From: Auanema rhodensis
Taxonomy: Eukaryota > Animalia > Nematoda
Length of the DNA: 64,000 bases
Assembly: GCA_964057225.1 (NCBI GenBank)
Contig: OZ059900.1
Location: 23,436,001 to 23,500,000 of the forward strand
Direction of reading: 5' to 3'
Of this stretch, positions 55,501 to 64,000 are shown piece after piece (within the stretch, counting starts at the first letter, position 1; every line of letters begins with the position of its first letter). A model generated the notes under the pieces. The model made no database searches. It was not told where the DNA came from and worked only from the letters and a program-made list of their open reading frames with translations. The position numbers were made by a program, and so were the translations under genes.

Positions 55501-58500
55501 TAAAATATTTCTCATGGGAAATACTGTGTTTTTGTATTTTTCTAGTGTTCAGCATGTAAAATGCTTCATTTTAGTATGTAACACGCTGAAATTCGTTGCA
55601 TTTGACGACTCATATGAACAAAAATCGATTTAATCAATATTAGCCATAAGGGGCGTGCCCTCAGAATATGCTAATTTCCTTAATTTTCTAACCCCTGTTT
55701 TTTTGTCGTGAAAGTGGAACTAGACGTTGTACGAACAATTTTGAGCTAGGTTTCATTGACATTGCATGAGTTTGAACACATGAAATCGTAAGTCAAAACC
55801 TTGTTTACAGCGAAATTTCCAAAAACTGGTTTTCCAGCATAATAAAATATTTCTCATGGGAAATACTGTGTTTTTGTATTTTTCTAGTGTGCAGCATGTA
55901 AAATGCTTCATTTTAGTATGTAACACGCTGAAATTCGTTGCATTTGACGACTCATATGAACAAAAATCGATTTAATCAATATTAGCCATAAGGGGCGTGC
56001 CCTCAGAATATGCTAATTTCCTTAATTTTCTAGCCCCTGTTTTTTTGTCGTGAAAGTGGAACTAGACGTTGTACGAACAATTTTGAGCTAGGTTTCATTG
56101 ACATTGCATGAGTTTGAACACATGAAATCGTAAGTCAAAACCTTGTTTACAGCGAAATTTCCAAAAACTGGTTTTCCAGCATAATAAAATATTTCTCATG
56201 GGAAATACTGTGTTTTTGTATTCTTCTAGTGTTCAGCATGTAAAATGCTTTATTTTAGTATGTAACACGCTGAAATTCGTTGCATTTGACGACTCATATG
56301 AACAAAAATCGATTTAATCAATATTAGCCATAAGGGGCGTGCCCTCAGAATATGCTAATTTCCTTAATTTTCTAACCCCTGTTTTTTTGTCGTGAAAGTG
56401 GAACTAGACGTTGTACGAACAATTTTGAGCTAGGTTTCATTGACATTGCATGAGTTTGAACACATGAAATCGTAAGTCAAAACCTTGTTTACAGCGAAAT
56501 TTCCAAAAACTGGTTTTCCAGCATAATAAAATATTTCTCATGGGAAATACTGTGTTTTTGTATTCTTTTAGTGTTCAGCATGTAAAATGCTTCATTTTAG
56601 TATGTAACACGCTGAAATTCGTTGCATTTGACGACTCATATGAACAAAAATCGATTTAATCAATATTAGCCATAAGGGGCGTGCCCTCAGAATATGCTAA
56701 TTTCCTTAATTTTCTAACCCCTGTTTTTTTGTCGTGAAAGTGGAACTAGACGTTGTACGAACAATTTTGAGCTAGGTTTCATTGACATTGCATGAGTTTG
56801 AACACATGAAATCGTAAGTCAAAACCTTGTTTACAGCGAAATTTCCAAAAACTGGTTTTCCAGCATAATAAAATATTTCTCATAGGAAATACTGTGTTTT
56901 TGTATTTTTCTAGTGTTCAGCATGTAAAATGCTTCATTTTAGTATGTAACACGCTGAAATTCGTTGCATTTGACGACTCATATGAACAAAAATCGATTTA
57001 ATCAATATTAGCCATAAGGGGCGTGCCCTCAGAATATGCTAATTTCCTTAATTTTCTAACCCTTGTTTTTTTGTCGTGAAAGTGGAACTAGACGTTGTAC
57101 GAACAATTTTGAGCTAGGTTTCATTGACACTGCATGAGTTTGAACACATGAAATCGTAAGTCAAAACCTTGTTTACAGCGAAATTTCCAAAAACTGGTTT
57201 TCCAGCATAATAAAATATTTCTCATGGGAAATACTGTGTTTTTGTATTTTTCTAGTGTTCAGCATGTAAAATGCTTCATTTTAGTATGTAATACGCTGAA
57301 ATTCGTTGCATTTGACGACTCATATGAACAAAAATCGATTTAATCAATATTAGCCATAAGGGGCGTGCCCTCAGAATATGCTAATTTCCTTAATTTTCTA
57401 ACCCCTGTTTTTTTGTCGTGAAAGTGGAACTAGACGTTGTACAAATAATTTTGAGCTAGGTTTCATTGACATTGCATGAGTTTGAACAAATGAAATCGTA
57501 AGTCAAAACCTTGTTTACAGCGAAATTTCCAAAAACTGGTTTTCCAGCATAATAAAATATTTCTCATGGGAAATACTGTGTTTTTGTATTTTTCTAGTGT
57601 TCAGCATGTAAAATGCTTCATTTTAGTATGTAACACGCTGAAATTCGTTGCATTTGACGACTCATATGAACAAAAATCGATTTAATCAATATTAGCCATA
57701 AGGGGCGTGCCCTCAGAATATGCTAATTTCCTTAATTTTCTAACCCCTGTTTTTTTGTCTTGAAAGTGGAACTAGACGTTGTACGAACAATTTTGAGCTA
57801 GGTTACATTGACATTGCATGAGTTTGAACACATGAAATCGTAAGTCAAAACCTTGTTTACAGCGAAATTTCCAAAAACTGGTTTTCCAGCATAATAAAAT
57901 ATTTCTCATGGGAAATACTGTGTTTTTGTATTTTTCTAGTGTTCAGCATGTAAAATGCTTCATTTTAGTATGTAACACGCTGAAATTCGTTGCATTTGAC
58001 GACTCATATGAACAAAAATCGATTTAATCAATATTAGCCATAAGGGGCGTGCCCTCAGAATATGCTAATTTCCTTAATTTTCTAACCCTTGTTTTTTTGT
58101 CGTGAAAGTGGAACTAGACGTTGTACAAACAATTTTGAGCTAGGTTTCATTGACATTGCATGAGTTTGAACACATGAAATCGTAAGTCAAAACCTTGTTT
58201 ACAGCGAAATTTCCAAAAACTGGTTTTCCAGCATAATAAAATATTTCTCATGGGAAATACTGTGTTTTTGTATTTTTCTAGTGTTCAGCATGTAAAATGC
58301 TTCATTTTAGTATGTAACACGCTGAAATTCGTTGCATTTGACGACTCATATGAACAAAAATCGATTTAATCAATATTAGCCATAAGGGGCGTGCCCTCAG
58401 AATATGCTAATTTCCTTAATTTTCTAACCCCTGTTTTTTTGTCGTGAAAGTGGAACTAGACGTTGTACGAACAATTTTGAGCTAGGTTTCATTGACATTG

Positions 58501-59074
58501 CATGAGTTTGAACACATGAAATCGTAAGTCAAAACCTTGTTTACAGCGAAATTTCCAAAAACTGGTTTTCCAGCATAATAAAATATTTCTCATGGGAAAT
58601 ACTGTGTTTTTGTATTTTTCTAGTGTTCAGCATGTAAAATGCTTCATTTTAGTATGTAACACGCTGAAATTCGTTGCATTTGACGACTCATATGAACAAA
58701 AATCGATTTAATCAATATTAGCCATAAGGGGCGTGCCCTCAGAATATGCTAATTTCCTTAATTTTCTAGCCCCTGTTTTTTTGTCGTGAAAGTGGAACTA
58801 GACGTTGTACGAACAATTTTGAGCTAGGTTTCATTGACATTGCATGAGTTTGAACACATGAAATCGTAAGTCAAAACCTTGTTTACAGCGAAATTTCCAA
58901 AAACTGGTTTTCCAGCATAATAAAATATTTCTCATGGGAAATACTGTGTTTTTGTATTCTTTTAGTGTTCAGCATGTAAAATGCTTCATTTTAGTATGTA
59001 ACACGCTGAAATTCGTTGCATTTGACGACTCATATGAACAAAAATCGATTTAATCAATATTAGCCATAAGGGGC
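52577..59074 (+). repeat. Higher-order duplication, offset 14 monomers (4788 bp)
   Basis: The ordered markers GTACAAATA+AACAAATG, GTCTTG+GGTTAC, CCCTTG+GTACAAAC, plain, TAGCCCC+TATTCTTT start at 52577 and at 57365. Confidence 0.88.
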
Positions 59075-62000
59075 GTGCCCTCAGAATATGCTAATTTCCT
59101 TAATTTTCTAACCCCTGTTTTTTTGTCGTGAAAGTGGAACTAGACGTTGTACGAACAATTTTGAGCTAGGTTTCATTGACATTGCATGAGTTTGAACACA
59201 TGAAATCGTAAGTCAAAACCTTGTTTACAGCGAAATTTCCAAAAACTGGTTTTCAAGCATAATAAAATATTTCTTATGGGAAATACTGTGTTTTTGTATT
59301 TTTCTAGTGTTCAGCATGTAAAATACTTCATTTTAGTATGTAACACGCTGAAATTCGTTGCATTTGACGACTCATATGAACAAAAATCGATTTAATCAAT
59401 ATTAGCCATAAGGGGCGTGCCCTCAGAATATGCTAATTTCCTAAATTTTCTAACCCCTGTTTTTTTGTCGTGAAAGTGGAACTAGACGTTGTACGAACAG
59501 TTTTGAGCTAGGTTTCATTGACATTGCATGAGTTTGAACACATGAAATCGTAAGTCAAAACCTTGTTTACAGCGAAATTTCCAAAAACTGGTTTTCCAGC
59601 ATAATAAAATATTTCTTATGGGAAATACTGTGTTTTTGTATTTTTCTAGTGTTCAGCATGTAAAATGCTTCATTTTAGTATGTAACACGCTGAAATTCGT
59701 TGCATTTGACGACTCATATGAACAAAAATCGATTTAATCAATATTAGCCATAAGGGGCGTGCCCTCAGAATATGCTAATTTCCTTAATTTTCTAACCCCT
59801 GTTTTTTTGTCGTGAAAGTGGAACTAGACGTTGTACGAACAATTTTGAGCTAGGTTTCATTGACATTGCATGAGTTTGAACACATGAAATCGTAAGTCAA
59901 AACCTTGTTTACAGCGAAATTTCCAAAAACTGGTTTTCCAGCATAATAAAATATTTCTTATGGGAAATACTGTGTTTTTGTATTTTTCTAGTGTTCAGCA
60001 TGTAAAATGCTTCATTTTAGTATGTAACACGCTGAAATTCGTTGCATTTGACGACTCATATGAACAAAAATCGATTTAATCAATATTAGCCATAAGGGGC
60101 GTGCCCTCAGAATATGCTAATTTCCTAAATTTTCTAACCCCTGTTTTTTTGTCGTGAAAGTGGAACTAGACGTTGTACAAATAATTTTGAGCTAGGTTTC
60201 ATTGACATTGCATGAGTTTGAACAAATGAAATCGTAAGTCAAAACCTTGTTTACAGCGAAATTTCCAAAAACTGGTTTTCCAGCATAATAAAATATTTCT
60301 TATGGGAAATACTGTGTTTTTGTATTTTTCTAGTGTTCAGCATGTAAAATGCTTCATTTTAGTATGTAACACGCTGAAATTCGTTGCATTTGACGACTCA
60401 TATGAACAAAAATCGATTTAATCAATATTAGCCATAAGGGGCGTGCCCTCAGAATATGCTAATTTCCTTAATTTTCTAACCCCTGTTTTTTTGTCGTGAA
60501 AGTGGAACTAGACGTTGTACGAACAATTTTGAGCTAGGTTTCATTGACATTGCATGAGTTTGAACACATGAAATCGTAAGTCAAAACCTTGTTTACAGCG
60601 AAATTTCCAAAAACTGGTTTTCCAGCATAATAAAATATTTCTTATGGGAAATACTGTGTTTTTGTATTTTTCTAGTGTTCAGCATGTAAAATACTTCATT
60701 TTAGTATGTAACACGCTGAAATTCGTTGCATTTGACGACTCATATGAACAAAAATCGATTTAATCAATATTAGCCATAAGGGGCGTGCCCTCAGAATATG
60801 CTAATTTCCTAAATTTTCTAACCCCTGTTTTTTTGTCGTGAAAGTGGAACTAGACGTTGTACGAACAGTTTTGAGCTAGGTTTCATTGACATTGCATGAG
60901 TTTGAACACATGAAATCGTAAGTCAAAACCTTGTTTACAGCGAAATTTCCAAAAACTGGTTTTCCAGCATAATAAAATATTTCTTATGGGAAATACTGTG
61001 TTTTTGTATTTTTCTAGTGTTCAGCATGTAAAATGCTTCATTTTAGTATGTAACACGCTGAAATTCGTTGCATTTGACGACTCATATGAACAAAAATCGA
61101 TTTAATCAATATTAGCCATAAGGGGCGTGCCCTCAGAATATGCTAATTTCCTTAATTTTCTAACCCCTGTTTTTTTGTCGTGAAAGTGGAATTAGACGTT
61201 GTAGGAACAATTTTGAGCTAGGTTTCATTGACATTGCATGAGTTTGAACACATGAAATCGTAAGTCAAAACCTTGTTTACAGCGAAATTTCCAAAAACTG
61301 GTTTTCCAGCATAATAAAATATTTCTCATGGGAAATACTGTGTTTTTGTATTTTTCTAGTGTTCAGCATGTAAAATACTTCATTTTAGTATGTAACACGC
61401 TGAAATTCGTTGCATTTGACGACTCATATGAACAAAAATCGATTTAATCAATATTAGCCATAAGGGGCGTGCCCTCAGAATATGCTAATTTCCTTAATTT
61501 TCTAACCCTTGTTTTTTTGTCGTGAAACTGGAACTAGACGTTGTACAAACAATTTTGAGCTAGGTTTCATTGACATTGCATGAGTTTGAACACATGAAAT
61601 CGTAAGTCAAAACCTTGTTTACAGCGAAATTTCCAAAAACTGGTTTTCCAGCATAATAAAATATTTCTCATGGGAAATACTGTGTTTTTGTATTTTTCTA
61701 GTGTTCAGCATGTAAAATGCTTCATTTTAGTATGTAACACGCTGAAATTCGTTGCATTTGACGACTCATATGAACAAAAATCGATTTAATCAGTATTAGT
61801 CATAAGGGGCGTGCCCTCAGAATATGCTAATTTCCTTAATTTTCTAACCCCTGTTTTTTTGTCGTGAAAGTGGAACTAGACGTTGTACGAACAATTTTGA
61901 GCTAGGTTTCATTGACATTGCATGAGTTTGAACACATGAAATCGTAAGTCAAAACCTTGTTTACAGCGAAATTTCCAAAAACTGGTTTTCCAGCATAATA

Positions 62001-64000
62001 AAATATTTCTCATGGGAAATACTGTGTTTTTGTATTTTTCTAGTGTTCAGCATGTAAAATGCTTCATTTTAGTATGTAACACGCTAAAATTCGTTGCATT
62101 TGACGACTCATATGAACAAAAATCGATTTAATCAGTATTAGTCATAAGGGGCGTGCCCTCAGAATATGCTAATTTCCTTAATTTTCTAACCCCTGTTTTT
62201 TTGTCGTGAAAGTGGAACTAGACGTTGTACGAACAATTTTGAGCTAGGTTTCATTGACATTGCATGAGTTTGAACACATGAAATCGTAAGTCAAAACCTT
62301 GTTTACAGCGAAATTTCCAAAAACTGGTTTTCCAGCATAATAAAATATTTCTCATGGGAAATACTGTGTTTTTGTATTTTTCTAGTGTTCAGCATGTAAA
62401 ATGCTTCATTTTAGTATGTAACACGCTGAAATTCGTTGCATTTGACGACTCATATGAACAAAAATCGATTTAATCAATATTAGCCATAAGGGGCGTGCCC
62501 TCAGAATATGCTAATTTCCTTAATTTTCTAACCCCTGTTTTTTTGTCGTGAAAGTGGAACTAGACGTTGTACGAACAATTTTGAGCTAGGTTTCATTGAC
62601 ATTGCATGAGTTTGAACACATGAAATCGTAAGTCAAAACCTTGTTTACAGCGAAATTTCCAAAAACTGGTTTTCAAGCATAATAAAATATTTCTTATGGG
62701 AAATACTGTGTTTTTGTATTTTTCTAGTGTTCAGCATGTAAAATACTTCATTTTAGTATGTAACACGCTGAAATTCGTTGCATTTGACGACTCATATGAA
62801 CAAAAATCGATTTAATCAATATTAGCCATAAGGGGCGTGCCCTCAGAATATGCTAATTTCCTAAATTTTCTAACCCCTGTTTTTTTGTCGTGAAAGTGGA
62901 ACTAGACGTTGTACGAACAGTTTTGAGCTAGGTTTCATTGACATTGCATGAGTTTGAACACATGAAATCGTAAGTCAAAACCTTGTTTACAGCGAAATTT
63001 CCAAAAACTGGTTTTCCAGCATAATAAAATATTTCTTATGGGAAATACTGTGTTTTTGTATTTTTCTAGTGTTCAGCATGTAAAATGCTTCATTTTAGTA
63101 TGTAACACGCTGAAATTCGTTGCATTTGACGACTCATATGAACAAAAATCGATTTAATCAATATTAGCCATAAGGGGCGTGCCCTCAGAATATGCTAATT
63201 TCCTTAATTTTCTAACCCCTGTTTTTTTGTCGTGAAAGTGGAATTAGACGTTGTAGGAACAATTTTGAGCTAGGTTTCATTGACATTGCATGAGTTTGAA
63301 CACATGAAATCGTAAGTCAAAACCTTGTTTACAGCGAAATTTCCAAAAACTGGTTTTCCAGCATAATAAAATATTTCTTATGGGAAATACTGTGTTTTTG
63401 TATTTTTCTAGTGTTCAGCATGTAAAATACTTCATTTTAGTATGTAACACGCTGAAATTCGTTGCATTTGACGACTCATATGAACAAAAATCGATTTAAT
63501 CAATATTAGCCATAAGGGGCGTGCCCTCAGAATATGCTAATTTCCTAAATTTTCTAACCCCTGTTTTTTTGTCGTGAAAGTGGAACTAGACGTTGTACGA
63601 ACAGTTTTGAGCTAGGTTTCATTGACATTGCATGAGTTTGAACACATGAAATCGTAAGTCAAAACCTTGTTTACAGCGAAATTTCCAAAAACTGGTTTTC
63701 CAGCATAATAAAATATTTCTTATGGGAAATACTGTGTTTTTGTATTTTTCTAGTGTTCAGCATGTAAAATGCTTCATTTTAGTATGTAACACGCTGAAAT
63801 TCGTTGCATTTGACGACTCATATGAACAAAAATCGATTTAATCAATATTAGCCATAAGGGGCGTGCCCTCAGAATATGCTAATTTCCTTAATTTTCTAAC
63901 CCCTGTTTTTTTGTCGTGAAAGTGGAATTAGACGTTGTAGGAACAATTTTGAGCTAGGTTTCATTGACATTGCATGAGTTTGAACACATGAAATCGTAAG

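Larger units (their letters stand above)
1..64000. repeat. Satellite DNA tandem array, 342-bp AT-rich monomer, about 188 head-to-tail units (probably centromeric/pericentromeric)
   Basis: GTGCCCTCAGAATATGCTAA recurs at 1, 343, 685 ... 1711, 3421 (exact multiples of 342) through 63863. Units differ by a few SNPs or 1-bp homopolymer indels. No orientation switch or foreign insertion was seen. The array runs off both window ends. The chromosomal location is inference only. Confidence 0.99.

Noticed and set aside
1-64000. CRISPR array or repeat-spacer system
   Set aside because: There are no unique spacers: the whole 342 bp repeats. No cas or other genes are present.
1-64000. Array as pure assembly or concatemer artefact
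   Set aside because: Linked, region-specific, hierarchically nested variants are not what random sequencing error on a single template produces, although exact copy order still needs read validation.

Overview
The whole 64 kb window is one uninterrupted, head-to-tail eukaryotic-type satellite DNA array. The monomer is 342 bp and AT-rich (about 34% GC by hand count). I count about 188 complete units plus a 138-bp partial unit, all in the same orientation and typically only 0-5 differences from consensus. I see no genes, RNA genes, transposons, CRISPR arrays or unique sequence. The 16 listed ORFs are by-products of one satellite variant (TGA>TGC). The informative structure is (i) three identical 193-bp deletion monomers at 41-44 kb, (ii) irregular, nested higher-order duplications of 2-14 monomers with spatially confined variant domains, (iii) traces of an ancient internal duplication inside the monomer, (iv) dense dyad symmetries, including an 18-bp quasi-palindrome whose centre carries several independent variants, one of which perfects it, and (v) no CpG depletion. 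This fits a recently homogenised centromeric or pericentromeric satellite (inference). I cannot support a novel protein-coding system here. Monomer positions (e.g. G205A) are numbered from the copy at 1-342.
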